Notes: generated from the sequence alone by a model not told the origin. 64,000 nt of DNA from a cyanobacterium endosymbiont of Rhopalodia gibba (GCA_045159875.1 CP067995.1:2816001-2880000), one strand, 5' to 3'. Positions 11,202-23,740 are shown, numbered from the stretch's first letter. Numbers and translations are program-made.

Positions 11202-14200
11202 TTAAAGTTCAATCAATTCTTTATATAAAGAATATAAGCGACGGTAATCGTAATTTTGAGCTAATTTTTTAGCGTTGAGTCCAATTTCTTGTTGTTTTTG
11301 TTGATTCTGGAGCATATCTGCTATTTGCAAAGGATAATCTGTTAAGCAGTCGCATATAATGGCTTCCTGTTGTGATTTTACAGGATAACCTCTAAAAGCA
11401 ATAGCAGTTCCTAAAATAACTTTTCCGTAAGCCATCCCCTCCATAATTTTTAAGGAAGTTCCTGTTCCTGACATAATAGGTGCAATAATCAAAGATGCTT
11501 TTTGATAGAGAAGTGATAGTATTTGATTATCAACTTTCCCCAAGGATGAAAAGTTATCTTGGTTTTCCGGTTTCCAACAACTCCCAACCACAATAAAGTG
11601 ACAATTAACATCGGGATATTCTTGAGCAAAAGATTGAGCTATTTGACGAATTTTTTTAACTCCCTCTATATTAGGAGGATGTTGGCTCCCTACGAATAAA
11701 CAAAACGGTTGAGTCAGTGATTCTAAACATTTTTTACCTAATTTTTTAAATGTTTCTTCCGGATGATCGATAAATTTATCTAAATCTAGATTGACAGGAT
11801 TAGGAATTACTTTAGCCTCTAATTTATATTTTTTGAGAAAGTCTCGATCATTCTGGGAAACACAAACTAAATGATCAGCTTGCTTGAGTCCTTCGATTTC
11901 TTCAGCTAAAGCAATTTTTCCTGGGAGAGTTGAGCTATCTAATTGTTGAGAAATAACATCATGGGCTGTTATAATCAATTTGGTCTGATATTGACGACAA
12001 ATATTAGTAACTGTTAAAGACCAAAAAGGATATTCCAATATAATTACATCAGCCCATTCTGCTATGGTTTCCATTTGGCTCATAAAGGCATTATCGAAAC
12101 GATACTGATAATAAATCCACGGTAACCAATGATTCCATTTGTCAGTGTCAGTTATTTTTTGCTTTTTATTATCAGTATCGTTTAAATTTAAAGCTTTAGA
12201 ACAAGTTTGATAAGCATTCAGATAAATATCTTTCACTAAAGAGTAATTTGTCTGAGATTTCTGATAATAAGTATAGCGGACATTATCTTTTCGAAAATCT
12301 TTTTCTTCTCCGGTTGTAAATAACCAAACTTGATATGATTCTAACTTAAGATAATCTATTAACAATCCTACTCGTTTACTAGCTCCACTTTTACGTTCTA
12401 AAATGTCTCCCCAAGGATATAGAATAGCAATTTTTTTATGGCTTTCTTGAAGCGATAAAGCTCGCTCTTTAAGCAATGAAGAGAGTATCTCATTCATTAA
12501 GCTATAATATTTATTATTTAATAATTGATTAACTTCTCCTGTTTTATCAGAAGGGAAAAGATAAATTTGAGGATTTTTTACTTTTTCTTTTATTTTTTCT
12601 AACTCATAATCATGGTGAAATACTAATACACTACATTGATTGAGTAATTGGCATTCAAGTTGATATTCAGCTAGATTAATATCTCTATAGTTGTTTAAAG
12701 CATATTGATATGATAGGATATCGTAAATTTCACAAATAATTGGAGCTTTATCTAAAGAATATTTTTCTATCAAACTCCAACTAGTAATGGAGTTAATAAA
12801 AATGAGATCAAATTGATTAGTTTCTAGTAAAGAATAAGTCTCTAAATTATATTTTTCGACTAAATCTCGTTCTAAACTTGTCTTATTTGTGTAAAAATCT
12901 TGGGTATATTGACGAGCATTAATACTTTGAGGAAGTAAATTAGGAGTTTTATAATTAAGAATGTAACTTTTAGTTAGACCAAAATCTTGATTAATGTCAG
13001 TAACTATCTGATTTAATTGACTTCTAAAACTTTCAAAATTTTCTTGTTTTCTATTCTGGCAACCGAGAAAAAATAGTCCATAAATTTTATACCCGCAACG
13101 AGATAAGTATTCAATATGTTTGAATATTAGTTTTTTTTTATTATTATGTTCTAATAAGCAATCACTTTCTATGAGTAAAAGAACTTTTAAAACTTTAGAA
13201 TCGATGATTTTTTGAGAAAGCGACTCAAGTTTTTCCATTTGAGAAATAGGGCTGAAATTTTGAGGTATAATATCCTTTTTGCTCAACAGAAATTTTACTA
13301 GATAATCCGGTGATTTTTTTTCTTTCCATCCCAGAGAAAATTGCTTAGCTGCTGCTGTAAATTGGGGTAAATTTCTAATTATTAAAATAATGCTTTTGGG
13401 AATTTCATCTAAAGTTTTATAAATACCTGCTCGTGATAAATCAACCTGTTTTGCTAACCAACTATTAGTCGGAACAACAACCGGTTTTCCAGCTGCTAAC
13501 GCTTCAGTCAATACTCCTGAGCTTCGGAAACGATAACTATCAGCATCATAGGGTAAAATCAGGAGATCTGCTTCTCCTAGAAGTTGATAATAATCATCAG
13601 GAGACATTTCCTCTTTAATTAAAGAAACTTTCTGGTTAGGATATCTTTCTAACTTAAGTTTTGCAGTAAGAATATCCCCTGATTGTTCTGTAATATTAAA
13701 GTTAGATTGTATGATAAATCTGAGCTTTCCTGGTTTAATATAATCTTTCCATAAAGCATTAACAATTTCTGGTAAATGATGATAACCTTTTTCTGAGCTT
13801 GCGTCCCCTAAGTAAACAATATTGATAGGTCTAGATGAACTTTTATTCTTGATGATACTCTTAAGTTTTTCCTGTCTAAATGGAATAGAAATTTGATAAA
13901 AAATAACGTTGCTGATAGTATTATATCTTTGAACCAGCTCTTCTGTATCTGCATAAAATTGTATTTTTTGTGGCCAAAGTTTAGATTCAAAAAATTTTTG
14001 CAAAAGTTTTTTGAATTCCATTCCCTTAGCATAAACAAATAAGGGATCTTCAATATCTCTACGTAGTAAAATATGGAATTGAGGTAGACTCAAAAAAATA
14101 TCTTTTCTTAAAAGAGAATAGACTTCCTCAACTTGTTCAATTCCAATGGTATGAATAAAGATATGATCGTCTGGAGTAACGTTTAGAGCTTTAAGTGTAT

Positions 14201-14804
14201 TTGATAAACTTTCCTGAAAACTAGTAGGTTTATGAGTTAATAAACTTATTAATTTTCTATTAATTTTAGTACTAATTAAATTAATTATAAACTTGAATAA
14301 TCCCCAAATAAGTTTACCTATTCCCAAAAGTGAATTGGATAAAGGAATAGATTGTAAAAGTCTAATATCTTTTTTGACCAAATCCCAAAGTCTCGAGGTA
14401 CTTCCTTGAACTTTTTCTAGAAAAAGTCGTAGTTTAGGTTGAGTTAAATTCCAATAAGTTAAGTGAAACTTTAAAGTCGATTCAATTTTTAGATAAAATG
14501 TTTCTAATGGTCCATCGTTTAATTTTTCTATAAATTTCTGTAAATATAATTTCCAACCTTGAAGCTTTTGAATATTAACGGGGTTGTTAAACCAGTCCAC
14601 CTCGAAAACAGAAAGTATCTTAATACTGGGATGATCTAATTCTTTAGGAAAGCTATGATTAGCAATAATAATCGGTTGATAACCCTGTCTCGCAGCTGCT
14701 TCTGCAATAGATACACTACATTCATAGTGATATCCTTGAAGATTAGATAGTGAATGGTCGATAATCAAAAACTTTTTCATAACAAACTTGATATAAAAAT
14801 CCAT
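11202..14804 (-). CDS. Large multi-domain GT4-type glycosyltransferase
   Basis: YLGDASSEKGY...SGVLTEALAAGKPVV and a second GT4 module FVGSQHPPN...GTSLKIMEGMAYGK. Confidence 0.85.
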   Translation of the reverse strand: MDFYIKFVMKKFLIIDHSLSNLQGYHYECSVSIAEAAARQGYQPIIIANHSFPKELDHPSIKILSVFEVDWFNNPVNIQKLQGWKLYLQKFIEKLNDGPLETFYLKIESTLKFHLTYWNLTQPKLRLFLEKVQGSTSRLWDLVKKDIRLLQSIPLSNSLLGIGKLIWGLFKFIINLISTKINRKLISLLTHKPTSFQESLSNTLKALNVTPDDHIFIHTIGIEQVEEVYSLLRKDIFLSLPQFHILLRRDIEDPLFVYAKGMEFKKLLQKFFESKLWPQKIQFYADTEELVQRYNTISNVIFYQISIPFRQEKLKSIIKNKSSSRPINIVYLGDASSEKGYHHLPEIVNALWKDYIKPGKLRFIIQSNFNITEQSGDILTAKLKLERYPNQKVSLIKEEMSPDDYYQLLGEADLLILPYDADSYRFRSSGVLTEALAAGKPVVVPTNSWLAKQVDLSRAGIYKTLDEIPKSIILIIRNLPQFTAAAKQFSLGWKEKKSPDYLVKFLLSKKDIIPQNFSPISQMEKLESLSQKIIDSKVLKVLLLIESDCLLEHNNKKKLIFKHIEYLSRCGYKIYGLFFLGCQNRKQENFESFRSQLNQIVTDINQDFGLTKSYILNYKTPNLLPQSINARQYTQDFYTNKTSLERDLVEKYNLETYSLLETNQFDLIFINSITSWSLIEKYSLDKAPIICEIYDILSYQYALNNYRDINLAEYQLECQLLNQCSVLVFHHDYELEKIKEKVKNPQIYLFPSDKTGEVNQLLNNKYYSLMNEILSSLLKERALSLQESHKKIAILYPWGDILERKSGASKRVGLLIDYLKLESYQVWLFTTGEEKDFRKDNVRYTYYQKSQTNYSLVKDIYLNAYQTCSKALNLNDTDNKKQKITDTDKWNHWLPWIYYQYRFDNAFMSQMETIAEWADVIILEYPFWSLTVTNICRQYQTKLIITAHDVISQQLDSSTLPGKIALAEEIEGLKQADHLVCVSQNDRDFLKKYKLEAKVIPNPVNLDLDKFIDHPEETFKKLGKKCLESLTQPFCLFVGSQHPPNIEGVKKIRQIAQSFAQEYPDVNCHFIVVGSCWKPENQDNFSSLGKVDNQILSLLYQKASLIIAPIMSGTGTSLKIMEGMAYGKVILGTAIAFRGYPVKSQQEAIICDCLTDYPLQIADMLQNQQKQQEIGLNAKKLAQNYDYRRLYSLYKELIEL

Positions 14805-14879
14805 AACGACAAAATCTCTCTATGTTATAAACGATTAGCGAGATAGTATCTTAATTAGGAACTAGGACTTAACAGGCAC

Positions 14880-15592
14880 TACCCTAAATAACATGTTGAA
14901 CAAAGTCTGTAATAGTAATATCGACTGCAGTAGTGTTTAATACTCTGACAACAGTATTCTCACCAGAGACAATATCAACATTATTTCTCTGTTGCTCAAT
15001 CCGGTTACAGCGCTAAAAGTAATATCATCAAATAAATCAGTAGCATCTTTAAAATCAGTATCAGTAATAGTGTCAAACTGATCTGTGCCTGCAACAGTTT
15101 GCACGATAAAGACATCTAAACCATTCATTGCCACCAGTTAGTTCGTTATCACTAGCTCCTTACCACCGAGCAGGAGATTAGCACTTTTATCGGTGGTAGG
15201 GATATATGTTCTAACACCACCGACGAGGGAATCATTGTCTGCACCATCATTAATATCATCATTCCTATTGCCATCAATGAGAAAGTCTTCACCGCTCTCT
15301 CCAGAAATTGTATCAATACCATCACCTCCATAGATTTTATCGACATCAGTACCAGCACTTAAGGAGTCTTGACTTGTTAAACCTTGGATAGTGTCATTCC
15401 CGCTACCACCGGTTCAAAAGTTATCACTAGTGCTTCTTTCCTAAGAATAAGTCCGCACCATCACCGCCATTGAGAGTATTATTGCCAGCTGTACTAAGGA
15501 GTAAGTCCTCAGTCTCTAAGCCCCTGATTTAGATCGTTCTCTTGAGTGCCAGTTAGGGTATCATTTCCGGTAGTTCCAAGAAATTCAGCTAT
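14880..15592 (-). pseudogene. RTX / hemolysin-type Ca-binding repeat protein, frameshifted remnant
   Basis: Minus-strand fragments read GTTGNDTLTG, NTLNGGDGADL, GGSGNDTIQG, IYGGDGIDTISG and DGADNDSLVGG across several frames; the likely start codon is ATA. Ends approximate. Confidence 0.8.
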
Positions 15593-15671
15593 AATCCGTC
15601 AAATAAATAATTTTATTATGTATTTTAAGTATTGAGTTTAAAACTTTTAACCATCTTGAGAGATTGTAGAC

Positions 15672-16553
15672 TAAGTAAGTGGATATAAATAAATTTTTAA
15701 AAACCTTTGAAAAAGCAAATTATTGTGTATCTCCATGGTCTAAGTAATGGGAATTAAATTGATGTTGTTTTAATTAATGTTTTTTAGAGCAATTTATTGA
15801 ATGAATACTTTCTTTGACTATCTTAGCTAAGAGAAACATTATTACAGTAATCTTGTGAGCTTTTATTTCGACTCCGTTTCTCTGGCATCATATCAAGTTC
15901 TGAACTATACGTTAGTAGGACATGTAGATATGATTTTACCTTGTTTGTATTAAGCTTTAACTAAACTCTTTGACTAAATCATTTCAATCATTTCTATGCA
16001 CTGAATTCTTGTAAAGAACGATGATCGTATCTATTTTTTTTTCTTTGTCTGAAGGAATACTTTTGTAGTTGTTTTTTTAAGGATGGATTAATAAATTCTC
16101 TTTCTTACTATTATTTATTATTGTTTTTAACTTTCTATTGTAAAAACAATACAGATTTTTTGGGGATATAATTGACCTCTTTGAAAAAAATTAGATAATT
16201 ATTGACTACTATTTAATTTTTTTATCCTATTCTAATATATTTTTAGGATTAAGATGTTTTATCTTTGAAGTTATTTTTCTATTAATTTTTATAAAAAATG
16301 ACAGCTTATAGTCTACTTAACTAATTTATATATAAATTAATTGTATAATTTTATTTATTGATAACTATACATTTTTATTTATCTTTTAAGTTAGATCTAC
16401 TTTTAAAAGTAAAAACATTATTTTCACTTTTGTTATCGTTCTAGAGACAATTTTTAGATGCAAACAAACAAGTCAACTTTAATGGTTAACGTCTAGTGCT
16501 TAGACGAGAGTGAGCATGTTTGTATTCTATGCTTCTTTAAGCTCACCTACTTA
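15672..16553 (-). mobile_element. Highly decayed IS630-family element
   Basis: Terminal motif TAAGTAGGTGAGC on the minus strand ending at 16553, with an inverted TAAGTAAGTGGATATAAAT at 15672. The same termini occur at other relics in the window. Confidence 0.5.
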
Positions 16554-17033
16554 TGCAATTTTGAGCTAGTCCAATACATAGTGATCGCTTTATCCATTTC
16601 AGATAAAATATTGCATTCAATGTGTAGTATATTGGCACAATTTCCAGATATTTTTGATAATTTTTGTATTAAAGAATGATTGCTTTGTTAACTTAATGTC
16701 AGATTTTTAAGTTCGGTATTTTCCCTTGACGTTTTTAGTGATAGTTACCAGAATTGTGATAATAATACCAATCTTTAGCCTAAAAAATTAAACTTTTACT
16801 TGGAAAAAAATTTCTGACTAAACTAGTATAATTAGTCGATATTCCATTTGGCAAACTTTTTTAAAAAAGAGTTCCGTTCGAGAAAAAACCTAGGTTTAAA
16901 ACCACTTGTAAAGTGGTAGCAATCGATGAAGTATCAACTAACTTTAAGGCAGCATAATCAAGTTTTTTTTAAAGAATCACTGTATCTTTTAGCATGGGGA
17001 GTATGTCAAAACCAATTAGAGGTTAATGTTATT

Positions 17034-17297
17034 GTGAATTCTCAACATCGACCACAAACCATCGCTTATGTCCGCATTACTCAGCAGTCTTGGCAACATG
17101 GACAAATTGAGGGGGAAGTTAGGGCTTCTCAGTATGAATGGCAATTTAAATGGTGCTTTCAGCGAGGTCGTTTATGGGTTTACCCAACCTTAGGACGAGC
17201 TTTAATTTATGAACCTTTGGGGCGTTTTTTAGAAAATTATGACTATCAACTGGAATTAGGAGAGGACTATCAATTTACAGTGCGGGCTGAACTTTAA
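17034..17297 (+). CDS. DUF3146-family cyanobacterial protein
   Basis: PQTIAYVRITQQSW...GEVRA..YEWQF.W.F...LGRALI.EPLGRFLE..DYQLE.G.DY.FT. Probable GTG start at 17034 after AGAGG (ORF track starts at 16926). Confidence 0.75.
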   Translation: MNSQHRPQTIAYVRITQQSWQHGQIEGEVRASQYEWQFKWCFQRGRLWVYPTLGRALIYEPLGRFLENYDYQLELGEDYQFTVRAEL

Positions 17298-17852
17298 TCC
17301 TAATCACCGGCAAAAAAATTATCAGAAAAACTTTCAATTAATCTAAATTAAAGTTTAAAAAACACTATTATCTTTTAGACTAAAAATGTTTATCTTTAAA
17401 TAAACAATAATGAGTTTACAATGTCTTTGTCATAGTCTTACAGTGTGGTTGTGGTTTTTATTACAGGAACAATACCTATGAATACTCAAGCGAAGCAAGC
17501 AACGATAACTGCCTAAAAATACCGGTATAAAAGGCTTAAAATAGCACAAGTTACTTTTACCAAGTTTACTAAGAACTTTAGCCAATACGGAATACAAAAT
17601 CTATTGCTACACTCTGCTATTTGTGGACTAGGACAGACGGACTGTTAGGCAAATGTTACCACTGCAGTATGATCTAATATCTTGCGGTAGCAATGGTGCT
17701 GTAATCTAGTTTTTTGAGTACGGATACTTTCTTTTTTAAAAACAACAAAATTCTCTGTTTTTTAGAATTAGATAATGGCGACAGTAACTCTTATTACGAC
17801 GATAATTATATGTTAGCCGTTATCAATCCTTGAGTATCATAAATGGGTTTTC

Positions 17853-18860
17853 TTACTCAACATTCAATTTTTTAGAGCCTAATTGAGAAGACTGGTAAGC
17901 AACATTAGCAACTTGCAGGGCATAAAGACTTGATTGTGGCTCAACATAAAGAGGAGTTTCTTTGAACAAATGATCTAAAATCTGTTTAGTATCTTGGGCA
18001 AATAAACCGTAACGACTGCCTAATTCAATGGTTTTAGTACCTTCTTCCGTAATTATTGTCCCTAAATTACCGACAAATTTTAAGGTTCCACGACTTCCAT
18101 ATAATTCAAACATTCGTTCACTTTTCCAAAATACCTCTCCTTTGCTATACATTAAGTCAACCTTTAACTGATTATTAAACTCTAATTGAGTATTGCATAA
18201 ACAAGCTGTAAAATATTCCTCTTCCGGAGCATCCCAATAGCGAATGTGAGAGAATACACTATGTACTGTGCCAAATAAGTCAGTAAAGCGATGAATATGA
18301 GGTAGAGCAGCTATCATGGGAAAGCCAAACATCTCTCGATGATAAGTCCAACGGCGTGGAGCTGGTTTTTGAGAGGTGGTTGTTGCATAACGAGCATAAA
18401 AGACTTGACCTAATTGGGAAAGATATTGACGAGTTTTTTGATGCATTTCCCCCAAGAGTTCAATATGTTCGATGTGTAAAAGTTTTTCTTGTTGAATGGC
18501 TAAGGATAATAACTCAGCTCCTTCAGTAAAATTGAGAGCTAAGGGATATTCTAAAATTACATGTTTTCCAGTTTTGAGGGCCGTGCGAGCGATCACGGCA
18601 TGATCTCGGTTAATTGTACAAATAACTACTAAGTCAACTTCTTGATGCCTAATCAGTGTTTGCCAAGACTCACAAGTAGAAATATCGTAGGTTCGTCCAA
18701 AAGTAGTTACTCTGTCGGGAGTATGCCCTGTGACACAACACAGTTGTGATCGCTCGTCTTGAAGAAAGGTTTCTGCTCGTCTCTGGGCAGCATATCCTGT
18801 CCCAATAATACCAACTTTTATGGGCTGTGAGAGAGAATATATCTTCTTCATTGAGTTCAT
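17853..18860 (-). CDS. bvdR: Gfo/Idh/MocA oxidoreductase, biliverdin reductase
   Basis: KVGIIGTGYAA Rossmann motif, GKHVILEYPLA and LHIEHIELLG as in cyanobacterial BvdR. Confidence 0.75.
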   Translation of the reverse strand: MNSMKKIYSLSQPIKVGIIGTGYAAQRRAETFLQDERSQLCCVTGHTPDRVTTFGRTYDISTCESWQTLIRHQEVDLVVICTINRDHAVIARTALKTGKHVILEYPLALNFTEGAELLSLAIQQEKLLHIEHIELLGEMHQKTRQYLSQLGQVFYARYATTTSQKPAPRRWTYHREMFGFPMIAALPHIHRFTDLFGTVHSVFSHIRYWDAPEEEYFTACLCNTQLEFNNQLKVDLMYSKGEVFWKSERMFELYGSRGTLKFVGNLGTIITEEGTKTIELGSRYGLFAQDTKQILDHLFKETPLYVEPQSSLYALQVANVAYQSSQLGSKKLNVE

Positions 18861-19167
18861 CGTCTATTGATTACTAGATTAATTAGTACGTTATTTCTAA
18901 ATACGGAGCACCAGTCATAATCATAACTATAGTTAATAGTAAATGATCAAAGATTTTTGTAGAATAGTTTTCCGATACAAAATTTATGAAATCTAAATCA
19001 CTTTGAAGACAAGATAATAAAAAATTCCTATTTAGTTTAGATTATGATGGCTTTCTCTCCTGATAAAACATAAGAAAAACTTATGTCAAGTTTGTTTGAA
19101 AATCTCATTACTAATCCTTTCCTAACTCTGGTTCTTTTTCCCTTAGTATCAAAGATGAGACTTGTAA

Positions 19168-19524
<357 letters not shown>

Positions 19525-19579
19525 CTCTTCAACCCAGAGTCCGACACCCATTAATTTTGATTATAATTGAGTACGGTTC

Positions 19580-19623
19580 AGCAGGGATATGTTGTGATTT
19601 TATCCCTGCTTTATCATTTTTTT
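19580..19623 (+). terminator. Rho-independent terminator of petF
   Basis: Stem AGCAGGGATA/TATCCCTGCT followed by a T-rich tract, ~55 nt after the stop codon. Confidence 0.7.
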
Positions 19624-19909
19624 CATTTACCGTCAATTTTGTCATGAATAGTAAATCAATTTATAAAAAACTACCAAATAACTGATCAAGACAGGGCAAG
19701 AGCTTTGATAAAAGTTAGCTTCTGAGATTAGTCGTCGCTATTTCTTAATAATTGCTTATCATCAATTTTACCTTGTTAATTACGAGGCAGGTACTCAACA
19801 CAAATCCGACATTTTAGCTGTTTAAGTTGACTCAATTACTCTTTACTCTTTACTTTAATAGCTGTATGAATAGTTCGCTGAGATATGAAAGAGAGAGAAG
19901 AATATACAA

Positions 19910-19958
19910 AGCAGTCATTGGTATTCCTCATTTATCATGAGGAATACCAATGACTGCT
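19910..19958. repeat. Perfect hairpin, 22-bp stem and 5-nt loop
   Basis: AGCAGTCATTGGTATTCCTCAT-TTATC-ATGAGGAATACCAATGACTGCT. Confidence 0.95.
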
Positions 19959-21414
19959 ACGTCTTTAACTAATACTGTAGCTAAAATTATTTGTTCTACT
20001 TCGGTAGAAAATACATTCTCTCTTTATGTAATAATTTTTTGACTGTTTCTACCAATACGGCATAAGTAATTATAACCATCGAAATAGTCTAAGTCATCGA
20101 TTATTATCTCTGTTTGCTGTTTAACTTGAGAATAGTAACTTAAAAATAAAGCTCGAAGTTTAATCTTAATAGTCCCTGTTTGAGCAGTCTGTTTATTCTC
20201 TAAAGAGGTTTTAAGTTTGAATAAACAATCATCTCCGCATGGGTTAAAGTCTTTCCTATACTTTTATTTACTTAAAGAAAATCTTGAGTTTTAAGGGTGA
20301 CAATTTGAGAAGCTGCTTAAGTCATTCTATAAATAGCATCCTATAAGGAGGTACTATGTTAGCAGTAGTATTTTTTGGATCTTAGTATTTATTATCTTCT
20401 CTCTAGAATTAGATGTTATTTGATAAAATATGGGTTATTTTGTTTTTTAAATAAATGTTTATCTGAATAGATTTATACATACGTTAATAGTTATTTAATA
20501 AAATATTTAACCGATCCTCATTATTATCATCAAACCAGTCATTAATCCAAAATAAAATATAGGGATTTCTAGTGATTAATTCTTTAGCTAAATTTACAAT
20601 ATGTTTTTGACACATTTTTGTATTAAAAAAAATTACTGGTTTCACTACAAAATTTTTTGCTCATTCTTTTTAAGAAAAATATTCTAATTGAACTAAATCT
20701 AAGGCGGATTTACCCAAAGCTAAAGGAGTCAAGTGAACAGAATACAATTATACTATCATGCCAAATATTTAAAAATAGTAGAAGCCGTTAAATAAATTCA
20801 ACAATATCTATAACAATATCTAATCTATCAATAACATCAAGCCACAGCTTAGCTTATAATAAACTCAATTCATTATTAACATCTAATCGTCAATTAACTC
20901 CTCTCAATAAGACATCAATAAAACTCTCAAAAATATAATTTATACCTCGATACTACCAACTTAAATTTTGCATTTAATTTTTTTTAAATTTTTTAAAATC
21001 TTGACTATAAAACAACTGCTATCTCTCTAAAGCAGACTTTTATATTGGTGATCAATAACAATATTGAATCCTTTTCTCTCTTCTACACTCTGTGTGAAAT
21101 AAAATTAACTCCTATCAAGCTGATTAAAAGCCAAACTGATATCCTAAAAAACTGCCAGGGATACCTTTAATGTAATCTACACTTAAATTACCATCTACAC
21201 CCTGAAAAAACTTCAAAGCTTATTTAAAAATTAATTGATTAAACCAAGATAAAGAAACGATTTCTCTTCAACCAATGCCACCAATTTTATCGTTCAAAAG
21301 AAAAAGAATAATAATCTCTTTCACTTTTCATAAACTCCATGGCTAGTTTTTAACGGTTAGTAAAAATTACAAAAATAGCAACTTAAAATAGATAAAATAG
21401 ACCATAATAAATAA

Positions 21415-22914
21415 TTAATTTTGGAACCAACTAACATCAAGATAATTGATTTTTGCATATGGTTCTAAAGCTGTTAAAATTTGACTACCATAACTTCGAC
21501 AATTGACTCGATTATCCAATAAAGCTACCACGCCTTGACATTCCCGTAACGGCATTACCACCCGTTGAATTATTTTCATAGCTGTCGGCAAAAGATAGAA
21601 ACGAAACCAATCTTTATGTTGTTTTTTATAACAGCCAACACGGGCAGCTACTAAAGGATTTTCTAAAGAAGGAATTGGCAGAGTCGCCATCACTAACAGT
21701 TGAGGTATGGGCAATTCTTCATGATTATGATGCCAAAAGTCCCAACCACTAATTAGAATTCCATTATTAGTAATTTTAGTTTTTTCCACTTGTACCCGCG
21801 ATCCCAATTCAGCGGCTAAAGCTGTTCCAACCTGTACTTTTAAGGGCATATCATCAATTAGAATGACAATCAGTTGTGAACGATGACAACATAAACTAAT
21901 AAGACGACGAACTTGGTCAAGCATTACTCCTTGAAATTCAGGTGTATTTGGCATGGGTAAACGATCACGAATATACAATTTAATAAATTCATTTTGTCGA
22001 TTGGGAGAGAATTTAAGACACAAAACATCATCTTTTAATCCAATGCTATCACGGTAAGTTATTGCAGTTTTATCCCCATCGATAAATCCCCCCATCAAAA
22101 CAACAGAAGATGTTTGCCAAATTGACTCTAAGATAGAACCTACTTCCAAGGGACTACTATGAAGGGAAAAATCCTGATTTTCATGATCTATAGAAGCCCA
22201 AAGCAATTGACTTTTTGCTGACATTTTCTTCCAGAATTGTTTAAAGGATGAGTCCCCTGTAAGTACTTCTCCTAAATGTTGCAGAGTCTTATATTCCTCT
22301 TGGGTTAAGAGATAACATTGATAGGGATTAGTAGAACGGCTTAGAATCTTTTTTGCAAGATAAAAACGCACCTCTTGAATTAAATTGCCATAGGCCGAGT
22401 AGTTTTTTTGTAATTCTTGCCAATGGTGAGGTTTAAGGGTGCTAGTAAAGTATTCCCTTGTCCAGTCTTCTAATTCATCAGCATTATCGATTAAAGTAGG
22501 AATTTCAAGGGAAAAATAGCTTTTTTTTTCCAGGTGAGCACTTAACCAAGTTTGGGGGGAGACCATTAATATTCCTCGAAAATTATCCCAAGTTAATCTC
22601 TCATCTTCTGTATGAATGACTTGATCAGTTTGTAACCACTCTTGTAGTTTAGGAATAATTCCGGTTAATAATTTTCTTTGAAGTGCGGACGAGGCAACTA
22701 ATAAAACAGGGCGATCACTCAGTAATGCTGGCATTAAATAACTACATCCATAACGGGATACTGTACTCCCAGTTTGAATAATTGCTGAACGTCCCAAGCG
22801 CAAACCCCTTGAGACTAATCTTGCCATGGTTAGATGGTGATCCCATAAAGGCAGTCCTTGCTGGCGTAAAAACGCTCGCAGTGAGGCATGGACTTCTGCT
22901 TCAAGTAGGGTCAT
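21415..22914 (-). CDS. DinG-like helicase C-terminal-domain protein (cyanobacterial type)
   Basis: HHLTMARLVSRGLRLGRSA N-terminus; LPIPSLENPLVAAR, WFRFYLLP and VALLDNRV...YG as in the helicase C2 domain. Confidence 0.75.
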   Translation of the reverse strand: MTLLEAEVHASLRAFLRQQGLPLWDHHLTMARLVSRGLRLGRSAIIQTGSTVSRYGCSYLMPALLSDRPVLLVASSALQRKLLTGIIPKLQEWLQTDQVIHTEDERLTWDNFRGILMVSPQTWLSAHLEKKSYFSLEIPTLIDNADELEDWTREYFTSTLKPHHWQELQKNYSAYGNLIQEVRFYLAKKILSRSTNPYQCYLLTQEEYKTLQHLGEVLTGDSSFKQFWKKMSAKSQLLWASIDHENQDFSLHSSPLEVGSILESIWQTSSVVLMGGFIDGDKTAITYRDSIGLKDDVLCLKFSPNRQNEFIKLYIRDRLPMPNTPEFQGVMLDQVRRLISLCCHRSQLIVILIDDMPLKVQVGTALAAELGSRVQVEKTKITNNGILISGWDFWHHNHEELPIPQLLVMATLPIPSLENPLVAARVGCYKKQHKDWFRFYLLPTAMKIIQRVVMPLRECQGVVALLDNRVNCRSYGSQILTALEPYAKINYLDVSWFQN

Positions 22915-23474
22915 TGATAATTATTTTTTTACTGAAGTAGATCTTAACATTTTTATTAACTATATACAATTCATTCTAAGTTTAAAACTCAATTTTTTTT
23001 TAGGTTTTATCTTCTAAATTTTATTTTTTAGGATCGTAGCAATTCACTTAAAGATTAATATTTAATCGAAAAGACTTTCATGGTTAATTCTATTGAAAAA
23101 TCAACCCTAATCAATAATAAAAATACTCAATATTTTTTATTATTTTGTAAATATTTTTTGTTATATTAAATATATTCATAGGTATGAATAGACTTTTAAA
23201 AGTAAATTATTTTGTGCCTTTTATCCACTTTTTATTAAGATAAAGACTATTATCTTTTTAAAAAAATTTAAAAAGATAAGTAAAAGCTAATTTTTTTAAA
23301 AGTTTATTTGACATCAGAATTTTTTAGAATTATGAACTACTAATTTTTAAAATTTAGTGTAAAAAAACAAATAAAGAGTATTTATCTAAAGCAAATAAAT
23401 ACTCTTTATGTTGAACTAATTAATTAAGACAAACTTTATTTAATTAGTTTTATATAAACATATTTGTCCTAAAT

Positions 23475-23740
23475 ATCTTTCTTGCAATTTTATATACTTT
23501 TACTTAGTATTATTATCTTTCTTTAAGATTAAATTTAAAACTCTAATTTACTAGAAAAAAATTATATTTTTTTCTTATTCTTCTAGTTTTACTTCAATTA
23601 AACCATTGTTTTGCCATATTCTTCAGCTTATCTCTTCCTAAGAGATGACTCAATTATTGTCCTGACTTTTATCCTGTGCCATTTTCAGCTCTCTTTTCTA
23701 ACCTTACAGATTCTTCCGAAGGTTAATTTTACTTTTCTAT
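23475..23740 (-). repeat. Left arm of a perfect 266-bp inverted repeat (IS630-derived sequence)
   Basis: Exact reverse complement of 24621-24886, compared block by block. Confidence 0.95.

Noticed and set aside
21415..22914. Helicase pseudogene or CRISPR-associated DinG because Walker A/DEAH motifs are degenerate
   Set aside because: The ORF is uninterrupted and, as I recall, this cyanobacterial family normally lacks canonical motifs; no cas context.
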